A stretch of 64,000 nt of DNA from Octopus sinensis (GCF_006345805.1 NC_043000.1:102610001-102674000), one strand, 5' to 3'; numbered from the stretch's first letter, positions 13,122-25,533 are shown. The notes: generated by a model not told the origin, from the letters alone. Numbers and translations: made by a program.

Positions 13122-13490
13122 CACACATGTGAGTGAGAACACTTTGAGATATTTTTGGTATCTAACATATGTCAGATACTGCGAGCGCTGCTTCTGATTG
13201 GTCAATCCATGGTCATGACCCGAGGTCACGGTGACAGCGCTGCTTCTGATTTGTCAATCCATGGTGATGACCCGACGTCACGGTGACGGCACTACTTTTG
13301 TCATTCATAAGTTACAACTAAACGTGAAGAATTTAGTTATCGGGTTAATAAAATATGGTCGTTTATTCGTGTGTAATAAATAAAATAAATACCAAACTCA
13401 TTCCCTATGGATACCGTATTTATTACAACTCGTTTACAAGCCACTCGTTGTAATAAATACGGTATCCATAGGGAACTCGTTTAGTATTCT
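13121..13490. mobile_element. non-autonomous repeat with a 52-bp tandem duplication and a terminal perfect 29-bp hairpin
   Basis: Tandem units 13184-13235 and 13236-13287; inverted repeat 13401-13429/13447-13475. Confidence 0.55.
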
Positions 13491-13746
13491 CTCTATATAT
13501 TCAGTCAAACTAATGCACCTGCTTGTTATTCCTGCACCTGTCTTCGTCTTTTGTTGTTTTCTGTAAATATATCCTTTTATATATGTGTGCTGCAAGATTC
13601 TTGATGTGAAACCGTGCGTTGAAACAGATATTGTTGTATTTCGAGATAGTTATTTTTTCCCTCTTTTTGCCAAATAAACAGGCGCACTATATAATTCCCT
13701 TTTCACTCATTTATTACTGTTCTTATTCTAATTTATGTTTATCGTC

Positions 13747-13785
13747 CGGAAATCTTTCGTCACACCTCTGTGAACTCTTCATCCG
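13747..13785 (-). ncRNA. degenerate hammerhead-like relic
   Basis: cgg ATGAAGA GT(T)CAC-agaggt-GTGAC GAAA GATTT ccg; C3 is lost and helix III is weak. Confidence 0.3.
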
Positions 13786-14446
13786 TCTTCGTATGTACTC
13801 TTGCTCCGCTTTTATACATATACACACATACGCGAGTAAATATACGGGTAAAACCCTTGTGGTATGCTATATAAAGCTCGTATAAAGTCTTACTCAAAGA
13901 AGGTGCATTTCACACCTTGAATTGGTGATAATGATTACACAACACCTCACCAATGAACAAGTGTAAAAATGTGTCGAAACAATTGTAATGTTTATAGATG
14001 CATGTATGTATGTATGTATGTATGTATGTGTGTATGTATATACTTACATATATATGTATATACATATGCATATATGAGTTCAGGACGTCACAGAAGGTAA
14101 ACAACAGGAAATACGAAATACGAAAATATGGAATACGAACTTTTTTGCGAACAGCGAAAGAAACAATATTATCGATAATGCCCGAAATTGCGTTTGACTC
14201 CTCTTGCTGATAACTGATGAAGAATTTGTGACCTTGTGTGTTTTCTGTTCGCCTGTGCATTTAGTATGTGTTCGTTTGTTTATTTACAATACGTTTATTT
14301 TTAATTATATATATATAGATATGTCATATTTTCCGTTTGTTGTCTTTTTATTTAATCCTGAAGATATTATTTATGTAACGCACGCACTCATTAATCTTTT
14401 ACCTATATATATATGTGTGTGCGTGTGTATGTGTGCGTGTGTGTGT

Positions 14447-14479
<33 letters not shown>

Positions 14480-14674
14480 TAGTTCAAATTTACAGAAAAC
14501 AAACGACGAAGACAGGTGAAAGAACAACAAGCAGAGTTTGAAGGTTTTTTAGTTATAGAAATCGACCCCAGGACTTACTCTTTGGAACCCTAGCACTTAT
14601 TCTATCGGTTTCTTTTTCCAAAACGCTAAGCTACGGGGACGTGTGTATATATATACATATATATACATATATAT

Positions 14675-14720
<46 letters not shown>

Positions 14721-15193
14721 CGTAAGGAGTGACTGTGTGACAAGAAGTTTGCTGCCTGGTCACTAGGTCAAATAGATTTGGACGATGGAAACTGAAAAAA
14801 GCCCGTCGTATATACGTGTTTGTGGGCCGGAGGGGGCTAGCTTCGTGCTTGTCCCAGACAACCGCTTGTTGACTTCCTTTCCATCCCCGCAACTTAGAAG
14901 TTCGACGAAATTAACCGATAGAATATGTCGAATGACTGAGACAAGTAAATGTTTTTTTTAGATATATCGTAGTAATATCTAATGTAGTTGTGGTTTACGA
15001 CCAGTCAGGACGTTACCATTGGTTTCACACTTTTTATACTCTTAGCAATATAGACGTCTCCCACGGCTAAGAAGGTAAAAGGCGCGAAAGCAATGGTGAC
15101 TCCCTGACAGGCCATACCAGCCACATAGTTTCGGGTTCATTCACACTGCGTGGCACCTTAGAACCTAGGGTTGGATTCAAAATTCTACCAGGA

Positions 15194-15235
15194 CACCTGA
15201 TGAAGGCTGGAGAGTAAATCAGCCGAAATTTTGTG
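15194..15235 (+). ncRNA. minimal PLE-type hammerhead with damaged helix III
   Basis: cac CTGATGA A GGCTG-gagagtaaat-CAGCC GAAA TTTT gtg; TTTT stands where CGTH is expected. Confidence 0.45.
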
Positions 15236-15825
15236 GTAGCAACAAACAAGATGAGGACAAATATCCGTCCAATGTAAAAAATGTAAATATTGTACAGAAT
15301 TCCTCATCTCTAAAATATAGAACAATTTATGATTGTTTCAAAAATTCCATGTTGACTTAATCTTGCATCGTGTTTTTAAACGACTCCACAATTAATGATG
15401 TAGTCATATCCGTTGTACAGATACCCCGTTCATAGAAATGATCCCTCGCAACTCTCTACAAAAAATAATATGCTGAAGTGTTTGTCTACCGCTTAAATAT
15501 AGGACATTAATCAATGTTTATAGTGGACGGCACAGCGGTCACGTTTATAAACATGATTGAAGATAAGTCAAGATGAATTTGTAGAAATAATTGTAAACTA
15601 TGAAACAAAAATAATAACGCAAACTCCACTTTTCAGTGCTTATTACTTCTGTAACCCCTCAGAGGAAACATGACTTCCTTCACTCCTCTCCACCCTTCAT
15701 TTATGGTTTGAGATATAATCATAATTGTTGTAAACTGGAATGGAACTTACTCTCTTTCTGCTCACATCCATTCACCATTTAATGCTACTTGCTTTGCATC
15801 TTTTAGAGAGATAGATTAGATATAA

Positions 15826-16221
15826 CTAGTAGTATCGCCCGGCGTTGCTCGGGTTTGTAAGGGAAATAACTATATAAACATTTTTAGAGAGTTATAGCCA
15901 AAAAATAGCAAAAAAATGCATTAAGAATGGAAAAAAATGATGGTAATTTTTTTTTAAATCGTTGACTCATCGTAGACATTTTTAGAGAGTTACTTCCCTT
16001 ATATAATATCGAAAAAATGCATTAAAATGGAAAAAAATGATGGTAATTTTTTTTTCAAATCGTAGACTCATCGTAGACGCGCGCTAATACCCAGAAGGGC
16101 TCGATATGAATCACGACTATAAGATACCCGGTTTTGGTTAAACTGCACCGCAAAGTGTGGGAGTAATTAGGAATCTAAATCGTAGGAGACAGACACACAA
16201 CTTCACTTTTATATATAAAGA
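15826..16221 (-). mobile_element. complete Helitron-like non-autonomous element (396 bp)
   Basis: On minus: a|TCtttatatataaaagtgaag ... CCCGagcaacgcCGGG hairpin ... actaCTAG|t, inserted between A and T. Confidence 0.8.
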
Positions 16222-16299
16222 TAAACTCAAAGAGCAACTAGAAAGTGAAAGTAGTTTCTAACTTAGGATGTCTCATAGATAGTGGTGGCAATGGTGTTG

Positions 16300-17405
16300 G
16301 AGGTGGTAGATGTGGTTATCATGGCAGTGGTGGTGTAGTGGATGTGTATGATGGCAGCAATTATAGTGTTGGTGTTTTTGTAGAGGTGGTGGTGGTGGTG
16401 GCGGCAGTGGATGATGATGATAATGATGATGATAGTAGTAGTAGCATTGATTATGTTAGGATGTCTCATGGATAGTAGAGTTGAAGACATTGCAGAGTGT
16501 AGTGGTGGTGAAATTAGTGATTTTGAATATGATGCTGGTATTGATCTTGGGGTTGTGGTTGCAGAAGATGGTTGTGGTGGTGGCATTCGAGGTTGTAGTA
16601 ATGGTTGTAGTGGTGGTTGTGAAGATGATTCTGATATTGATAGTCTTTGCATTGAGGTGGTGGCAGAGTCAGAGTAAATAATAAGAGCCCAGTTAACACA
16701 AGATTCTTAAATTTCGGAGTTCATAAGATAGAGAGCAAGAAGTTAAAAGTTCCAATACTGGCCCGATACCTATACCCCATATTCTTCAACTATTTTATAA
16801 GAAAGGGGTTAATGGCAGGATAGGGATTCAGCTTTAAAATAAATTGTATAACAAAAAATACATAAATAAATTACTGCTCCAACAATGTAATTTTAGTATG
16901 TGTGTATGTATGTATGTGTGTGTTTAAGCAATGCAAACAATGGAAAATAATTTAAACACTCATTTTCTGATGTCTAAGGATGGATATTTATGCGTATGAA
17001 TCTTTTTATTTTTATTTTCTTTGAAATATAATTCTAGGGAACTGAAAAAGCTATGTACGATGCCAAGTGAATTTAGCTATTTACGATGAGCGGATGTTTA
17101 CGTTACAAACGAATCTGTAGGTCTAGTTACATGTTTACGTTAACTACGTCACAAAATAGCTGTTTACGTCACAGTAACAATATTTTGAGAGGCAGTAAAT
17201 AATATGAGGTCGAAAGAAAGAATATCATTGGTTACAATTCGAATTATTAAACAACGTTAAACTTAGAAATTACAATTCCGTTTTCATTTTGGGTTACAAT
17301 TATGTCTTCTTTTGACACATTCTACCAGTATACGAAGTTTCAAATTGTTTAGTTAACTAAGAAAATCTGGCCTTCAAACTGAAAAGATCCAATAATTTTC
17401 CCTTA
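16300..17405 (-). mobile_element. second, inverted copy of the 9123-10055 element
   Basis: 17125-17370 vs 9160-9405: 9 mismatches in ~245 bp by manual comparison; 16306-16478 matches 9762-9945. Confidence 0.7.
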
Positions 17406-17473
17406 TGAGGTTTTTCACGCTAGCTACTTGATAAATTCTTATAAAGATTTTACCCTATTTTTAAATATATATA

Positions 17474-17507
<34 letters not shown>

Positions 17508-17519
<12 letters not shown>

Positions 17520-20500
17520 GCATCCTTTTTGTCTCGGGAGACAATGGAGTTGCGCATAAAATAATCTAGTCCGGCTTTTACATTTCATGTCCTAATACAT
17601 CTCCTGCTCTGGCTGTGTAGTCCTATCCTGGACAAACACTCCCTCTGGCAGGTACCGCAAATGTAGCGAAGACTGTTCCTGGCTAGTTGTAATGCCATAG
17701 TTTCTTGTTGACGTCTCTTCTTGTCTTTCCATTTTTCCTCTCTCTCTCTCTCTGTCACTCCTTTGTATTCCCTCTTTTACGATGCGTCGCCAATCTCCAC
17801 GGTTGGCGGCAACTGCCTCTCAACCGCTAATATTGATGTTGCAGGCCTTCATGTCCCTTTTGCAAACATCCTTGTAACGTAAGAACGGTCTACCCACAGA
17901 CCTAGTACCCCAAGCAAGCTCTCCGTAGAGTATGTCCTTGGGGATTCTGCCATCTTTCATACGGCTAACATGCCCAAGCCATCTCATACGTCTTTGTGTG
18001 AGGAGTGCAAACATGCTTGGTATTCCTGCTTGCCTGAGGACATCTTTGTTGGGGATATGATTCTGCCATTTGATGCGGAAGATTTTCCGGAGGCAGCGCA
18101 GGTGAAAGATGTTTAGGCGACGCTCTTGGCGTGTGTATAGCGTCCAAGTCTCACTTCCATACAGTAGAGTGCTAAGTACACATGCCTGGTAGATCTTCAT
18201 TTTCGTGGTCTTGGTCAGCTAATTGTTGTCCCAAGCCCGTTTGGAGAGTTGGGCCATCGCAGCAGCTGCCTTGCCAATGCGTATATTGAGCTCAGCGTCA
18301 AGGGATAGGTTGTAGGTGACGGTAGAGCCAAGATAGGTAAACTTCTCCACCTCTTGTAATCTGTGGTCTCCAATATGTATGTTTGGGATGTCCGATGTAG
18401 CCTGACCCATGATGTTGGTCTTCTTAAGGCTGATAGCTAAGCCAAAGTCGTTACATGCTTGCTCAAAACAGTTAATGAGCCTTTAGAGGGCTTCTTCTGT
18501 GTGTGATACCAGAGCGGCATCATCAGCAAATAGCATCTCCTTGATCAGGACGTTTCTGATTTTGGTCTTGGCACGCAGGCGCGAGAGATTGAACAGTTTC
18601 CCGTCACTTCTACTGTGCAGAAACACTCCATCATCTGATGTCTGAAAGGCATGTGAGAGTAAGAGCGAGAAGAAGATGCCAAAAAATGTAGGAGCGAGGA
18701 CACAACCTTGCTTTACCCCGTTTTTTATTTGGAAGGCGACTGATGTTGAACCATTGTGCTGTATGGTGCCTTGCATGTCTTCATGGAAAGACTTGATGAT
18801 CCTCAGCAGCTTTGGTGGACATCCGATCTTTTGGAGCAGGATGAAGAGGCCTGTTCTGCTTACCGAGTCAAAAGCATTTGTTAGATCGATGAAGGCCATA
18901 TATAATGGCATTTTCTGCTCTCTGGACTTCTCATGAAGTTGGCGTATGGAGAATATCATATCGATAGTTGATCTGCTTCTTCTAAAGCCACACTGCGATT
19001 CCGGATAGATTCGAGAATCAAGTAGTTGTAGCCTGGCCAGGATAACGCGGGCAAAGGTCTTTCCAACAGTGCTTAGAAGAGATATTCCACGGTAATTGTT
19101 ACAATCACCACGGTCACCTTTGTTTTTGTAAAGCGTAATGATGTTGGCATCCCGCATATCCTGAGGGACTGTACCCTCTTCCCAGCACTGACACAGAAGC
19201 TCATGAAGGTGCCGAAGCAGGATGGTGTTTTTGCCGGCTTTGATGATCTCTGAGGGGATGCCGTCTTTTCCCGGAGCCTTGTTTCTTGCTAGGGAGTCAA
19301 CAGCCTTGGTGAGCTCTGCTATAGATGGCGGACTGTCAAGTTCGCACATGACTGGCAAGATCTTGACACTCTCGACTGCAGCCTCAGCCACTGTAATCTC
19401 TCGTGAGTAGAGATCCTGGTAGTGCTCCACCCATCTATCCCTTTGCTTGCTTTGATCCCTGGTGAGATCTCCAGTAGTTGATTTCAGAGGGGCTGACTTG
19501 GTTGCGGATGGACCGAGGGCCTTCTTCAAACCGGCATACATCCCACGGGTGTCGCCCCTGTCAGCAGCTGACTGGATACTCTGACAGATTTCCTGCCAAT
19601 ACCTGTTTGCACAGCGTCTCGCTGTCAGTTGGGTTTTATTTCGTGCTTTTCTGAGTTCTTCGAGTGACTGTGTAGAAGAGTCACTCTTGTATTGCATCAG
19701 AGCTGCACGCTTTGCTTCGATAACTGGCTCCAGCTCTGAGAGCCCAGCATTGAACCAATCTGGGTTTTGCCCTTCTCTCATGCCGAAAGTATCTATTGAT
19801 GTCGTATACAAAGCTTCCCTGATATGGTTCCACCTACTTTCAGCAGAGGAGGTTGGGCAGTTACTGAGGGCAACCTTGATAAAAGCAGCAAAACATTTTC
19901 GCAGTGTAGGGTCCGAGGTTCTGGCAGTGTTAATGCGTGGTCGGCCCACTTCCTTGGAGCGATGGACTTTTTTAGGCAGAATCCTCACCCTACTTCTAAT
20001 TAGTAAGTGGTCTGTGTCACAATCCACGCTGTGGTAACTGCGGGTTAATAGAATAGAATTCAGAAAGGATCTCCGTGTAATTATGAGATCCAGCTGATGC
20101 CAGTGGTGAGATCTTGGATGTCTCCAAGATGCCTTGTGGGATGGCTTGTTGGTAAAGAATGTGTTTGTGATGCACAGGTTATGGTATGTGCAGAATTCGA
20201 GTAGTCTCTGACCATTGTCATTCATGTTGCCAATACCAAAGTGTCCAACACAAATGGGCCACGAATCATGGTCAGATCCCACGCGAGCGTTAAAATCCCC
20301 TAGAAGGTAGATATTTTCAGTCGTTGGTATATTTTCTATGACACAGTTGAGATCTTTGTAGAACTGGTCCTTGGTCTCCTCTGAGCTGTAGAGAGTGGGA
20401 ACATAGATGCTGAGTAGATGTACTGAGACAGAAGAAGTCGAGAGGTGCAGTGAGAGGATACGCTCAGTGCCTCCTGATGGTGGTTCTATTGAGGAGAGTA

Positions 20501-20885
20501 ATGAGTTTCTCACTGCAAAGCCAACGCCATGTTGACAAGGTTCTTCTGGATCGCTTCCCTGCCAAAAGAAGGTGAAATCCTGCTCTTTGAGTTTGCCGTT
20601 TGAGGGAAGTCTTGTTTCCTGTAGCCCAGCAATGTCTATGTTGAGCCTCTTTAGTTCACGGTCAATGATGGCCGTTTTCCTTGTGTCTTCAACCCTGAGT
20701 AGATCATCAGATATTCCAGGGAACATGGTCCTGACATTCCAGCTTGCCAACCGCAGGACTGGTGGTTTCTTGACTTTTAGTTGTTTGCCTGGTGCAGAGG
20801 TTGCAGGCCGCTTTTCAAGTCATACTCTTAGCTCCAAGCACCCAATGAAGCAGGCGGCCTGTGGCGGGTCATCACCTTATTAACT
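17508..20885 (-). mobile_element. near-full-length RTE-clade LINE
   Basis: APE endonuclease plus RT ORF, C-terminal Cys/His motif, 3' end ccattgtctcccgagacaaaaaggatgcc(aac)n abutting (TA)n; no clear TSD. Confidence 0.95.
17585..20750 (-). pseudogene. RTE APE endonuclease-reverse transcriptase ORF (~1050 codons), disabled
   Basis: Motifs WNVRT, GLQETR, GDFNARVG, DTDH, YRGISLL, QCGFR, FIDLTNAFDSV, GVKQGCVLAP, LFADD, YLGS, WLGHV, CGTCQRECLSRIGLHSQSRRC. In-frame stops at 18483-85, 18219-21 and 17820-22; frameshift in the (GA)n tract at ~17738-17752. Confidence 0.95.
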
Positions 20886-20964
20886 ACTATACATAAATGC
20901 CTCATTTTACACCTCCCCCCCACACACACACAAAAGCACACATACATATATAATAGATATATAT

Positions 20965-21167
20965 AAGGGACAACTGACGAAGGGAATGTTCTTTTTGTTG
21001 CCTGTCTCGTTTCCCTATTTGTTTCTTTCGTTGTTCGAAAAAGAAGTTCGTTTTCCATGTTTTTGTTTTTTATGTTCCCGTTTCTCATTTTGTTCAAGTT
21101 TTTTTTGACGTACTGTACCCATATATGCATGTATACATACATGTATATGTATATATATATGCATACA

Positions 21168-21203
<36 letters not shown>

Positions 21204-21214
21204 TATATATTATA

Positions 21215-21276
<62 letters not shown>

Positions 21277-21810
21277 TATTATATGATCGAACGCCACGCA
21301 TCCATTTCCGGATCAGTTTTATCTTAATTTAGATGCGCACTCTACAGCCTATCTCTATTCTATCTCCTTCTCTTGTTCTTCTTCCTTTCTGTTTTTCTCT
21401 CCCACCCTTTCTCTAATTCTTCTCCTTTCCCCTTCACCGTTCCCTCTCTCTCCCTCACTCTACCGCTTTGACTCTCTCGTTGCTCACACGTGACCAACGG
21501 TTATCTATCTTTCTTCCACTTCCTAAAGACAAGAGATGCCTTTGCCTGTCTCTTCCCAAAGCTCTTCCTTCGCAAAAATTTGCTTTGCGAGAAGGACTGT
21601 TTTAAGGAAGTCGCGTCTTGTCCCTACGTTCGAAACGCGGAGTAGATAAAACAGGAGAAAATAGATGACGGAAATGTTCTTTATGTTGCATGTCTCGTTT
21701 CTTTATTTGTTTCTTTCGTTGTTCGGAAAGAAAAGTTCGTTTCCATGTTTTTGCTTTTTATGTTCTCGTTTCTCATTTTGTTCACGATTTTTTACGTCCT
21801 ATACCCATAT
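20965..21810 (+). repeat. two copies of a T-rich dispersed repeat (20965-21120, 21660-21810) with a pyrimidine-rich spacer; possibly PLE terminal-repeat derived
   Basis: tgtctcgtttc...tttctttcgtt(g)ttcg...gttcgtttt?ccatg...gacgt(a/c)ct(g/a)tacccatat in both; inverted partial copies at ~14065-14170 and ~27020-27100. Confidence 0.5.
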
Positions 21811-21893
21811 ATGCCTGCATATATATGCATATATATGTAGGTATGTACATATATGTATGTATATATGCATGTATGTATGTATTTATATATATA

Positions 21894-21972
<79 letters not shown>

Positions 21973-22019
21973 GTGAATTGAAGAAATGGAGCTGAACGAA
22001 GATTGAACAGAAATCGTTT

Positions 22020-22112
22020 TATTTCATTCTACACGTGTTTCGAAAGGCACAATTTACCAAAATCCGATTGAATAATGAGACCATATTGTGTCTTTCTCTT
22101 CAGGAAGAAATA
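22020..22112 (-). ncRNA. candidate type I hammerhead ribozyme (31-nt loop II family, copy 2), fully canonical core
   Basis: tatttcttc CTGAAGA GAAAGACACAAT [31 nt] ATTGTGCCTTTC GAAA CACGTG T A gaa(t)gaaata: 9-bp helix I with one bulge, stem II 11/12 bp with G-C closing pair, ACACGTGT palindrome, GUA cut between 22030 and 22029. Confidence 0.85.
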
Positions 22113-22525
22113 GGAAATCCGTTGGAAAAAACAAAAACAGAACAGAGGCGGAGCAAAACAAATCAAACTAGGCTCCTAAGAGCCCATGGCAAAACTGTTT
22201 ATCAGTGCATGTTGAGAACCGGTGGTTGAAGATTTTAACGGGTCAGGCAGCGGTCATTCCTGTGGGTGAGGGTGTGTAGATGTTCTTAGTGACCGAGAAT
22301 AAAGTTCTGAATAAAGTTCTGACTATGGGGGCACCAAAATCTTTTAAGTGCTTAGGACCTCGATGGGTCTTAATCTGGAACTGAACGCGCACTTCATATT
22401 CGAGGCTTTGATGAAGCTAAATGATGTTATTGAGGCACTCTGAAGTTCACTGCATCATATAGCAGAAACAACTGGAAGCTAATGAAGTTCATGATACAAC
22501 CCTTGTTTTTCTTGCATCATCTCTT

Positions 22526-22559
<34 letters not shown>

Positions 22560-22572
22560 TGTGTGTGTGTGT

Positions 22573-22626
<54 letters not shown>

Positions 22627-24097
22627 TGTGTGTGTGTGTTTGAATTTGACACCTACCACCATTTGACTAGTGTTGCTTTGTTTATGTCCCCGAAACCTAC
22701 GCAGTAAGGCAAAAGGGGTCGACAGAATAAGTATGACACCTAAAGAAACAACAACAACAACAAAAATAACTATTAAAATCTTCAAAGTTATGCCCCAGCA
22801 TGGTCGCAGTTCGTTAATTGAAATAAATAAAACATGAAAAATAAAAGATATCTGAAAAAAATAAAGATAAAAAAAACAAACAGCCATAGCTAGAACACTG
22901 TTTAGAACACCACCAGAAATGAAAATATTCAAGCCTTTACCACCGACTGCAGTTCAGACTGAACGTTGTTTTTTTTTTTGTTTTTTTAGGGGGTGGATTA
23001 AAAAAAAGCCTATAAATTATATAGCACCAGTGGTTTCTCCATATTTTCACTGTCAAATGACACATAATGTGTTCAAATTAAACTGTCTCAGTTTACAAAC
23101 AAAATCATGCAAACACACACACACATACCACATACATACATACATACATACATACATACATACATACATACATACATACATACATACATACATACATGCA
23201 CTGCAAAAACACAGACTCACACAAGGTCATACACATTACTTCTCTTTATTTCTTCCCAGCTTCTCATTCACTCGCACTGAGTTACAGAAATTCACACACA
23301 TACACACACTCTCACACGCACATACATGTATGTATGTATGTATGATTGTATGTATGTATGTATGTATGTATGTATGTATGCATGTATGTAGGTATGTATG
23401 TATGTATGCATGCATAGTCATACCTACACATGTGTGCCCCCAACCCGAACTTGTTTCGTCATACCTTTCAGAAAAAGAGATATTTTTTGATGAAATTTTC
23501 CACAAATACGCGTTCGATGGTACAGATTACGACCATATCGGAATCTAATATGAAAATATTTACTACCACTGGTGTGGGGAATTTCGGAAAATCCACACGA
23601 ACCGGCTTTGTTTTCTTCATATGTTTCAGAAAAATGGGTGATTTTTTAAATGAAATTTTCAACAAATAATTTTCAGAGTGTGTAGAATAAGGATTATATC
23701 AGAATTTGGTATGGAGGTAATTTATGGACTCCTATACGTACATACTGACACACGTAACAATTTCTCTTCGAAATTTTGTAGATATATGTCTTGTGTGTTT
23801 GATGAAAGAGACTGGTAGGATAAATATCGGGCTATAAAATGTACAGGGGTCAATTAATCTAACAAAAATTCTTCAGTCGAATGAATGAAACAAGTAAAAA
23901 CTAAAAGACAATGGCCGCAATCAAATGACTGAAACAAGTAAAAGAATATAATATATACATATATATATATATATATATGTGTATATATTATATTCGTTTA
24001 CTTGTTTCAGTCAAATGACTGAAACAAGTAAAAGAATATAATATATACGACGGGCTTAACAAGTAAAAGAATATAATATATACATATATATATATAT

Positions 24098-24145
<48 letters not shown>

Positions 24146-24159
24146 GTGTATATATTATA

Positions 24160-24690
24160 TTCTTTTACTTGTTCAGTCATTTGATTGCGGCCATGCTGGA
24201 GCACCGCCTTTAGTCCAACAAATCGACTCCAGGACTTATTCTTTGTAAGCCTAGTACTTATTGTATCGGTTTCTTTTGCTGAACCGCCAAGTCACAGGGA
24301 CGTAAACACACCAACATGGGTTGTCAAGCGATGGTGAGGGACAAAAGCAGACACACACAAATATAACGAGTGGTTGTGAGGTAAGAAGCTTGCTTCTCAA
24401 CCACATGGTTCCGGGTTCACTCCCACTGCGTAGCACGTTGGGCAAGTGTCTTCTACTATAGCCTCGGGCCGACCAAAGCCTTGTGAGTGGATTTGGTAGA
24501 CGGAAACTGAAAAAAGCCTGTCGTATATATATATATATATATATACGAGTGTGTTTGTTATTTGTATCTGCATTTGTCCCCCTACCCATCATACTTGACA
24601 ACCGATGCTGGTGTGTTTGCGTCCCCGTAACTTAGCGGTTCGGTAAAAGAGACCGATAGAATAAGTAGTCGGATTATAAAGAATAAGTCT
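24160..24690. mobile_element. SINE A 3' half (minus, 24160-24360) fused to a SINE A copy (plus, 24365-24690)
   Basis: Both segments match family A; the arrangement creates a ~150-bp inverted repeat. Confidence 0.8.
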
Positions 24691-24699
24691 TGGGGTCAA

Positions 24700-24965
24700 A
24701 TTTGAACTCAGAACGTAAAGATAGACGAAATACCTGTTTCTATTTCTTTACTACCCATAAGGGGCTAAACACAGAGAGGACAAACAAACGGATTAAGTCG
24801 ATTATATCGACTCCAGTGCGTAACTGGTACTTATTTAATCGACCTCGAAGGGATGGAAGGCAAAGTCGACCCCGGCGGAATTTGAACTCAGAGCGTAGCG
24901 GCAGGCGAAATACCGCTAAGCATTTCGCCCGGCGTGCTAACGATTCTGCCAGCTCGCTCACCGCC
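24700..24965 (-). mobile_element. tRNA-derived SINE family C
   Basis: Reverse complement of ggcggtgagctggcagaa(t/a)cgttagcacgccgggcg...gttcaaattccgccg...gcctttcatcctttcggggtcgataaa. Confidence 0.85.
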
Positions 24966-25533
24966 CTTTTGTCATCGAAAGATATTGTTCGTTCTTTTGC
25001 TGACAGGTGGTTCTATTTGACGGCACTCCGTCGGTTACGACGACAAGAGTTTCAACAGAATAGCCTACTCATGAAATTAATGTGCAAATGGTTGAGTACT
25101 CCACAGACACGTTTTTTTGCCAGCTGAGTGGACTGGAGTGGCGTGCAATGAAGTGTCTTGCCCAAAGGCACAACGAGCCACCTATTTTCGAACTCACAAC
25201 CTTACGATCGTGTGCCGAATGCTCTAACCACTGAGTCACACACTTTCTATTATTCACAGATGAAACTCACTCCAAAAAGTGACCACCGATTTTTTAAAAA
25301 ATTTCGGATATCATTATCCAATGTATCTTCGCTTAGTTTTTAGAGCTAGCTGGGCGAGATTAGTAACATTTTGGGTAATATTTCTTGCAAATCGATAAAC
25401 TGTTTCGAAGTAGCATGATTTGACTGCTTATAGATTAGTTATAGTGAATGAAGGATGAGTCGGTGCGTTGTAACATTTTAATCTATTCTCCAAATTCAGT
25501 TATTTCTACGTTTTTCTTATTTTTTGCTTTTCC

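Noticed and set aside
13603-13640. TTGATGTGAAA...TTGAAACAGATATTGT motif (also ~38930-38965 and ~56690-56715) as a hammerhead
   Set aside because: Core deviates at C3 and A9, stem II is minimal and no helix I can be drawn.
16245-16699. Gly/Asp/Val-rich ORFs on both strands
   Set aside because: Low-complexity core of a dispersed repeat that recurs inverted at 9762-9945.
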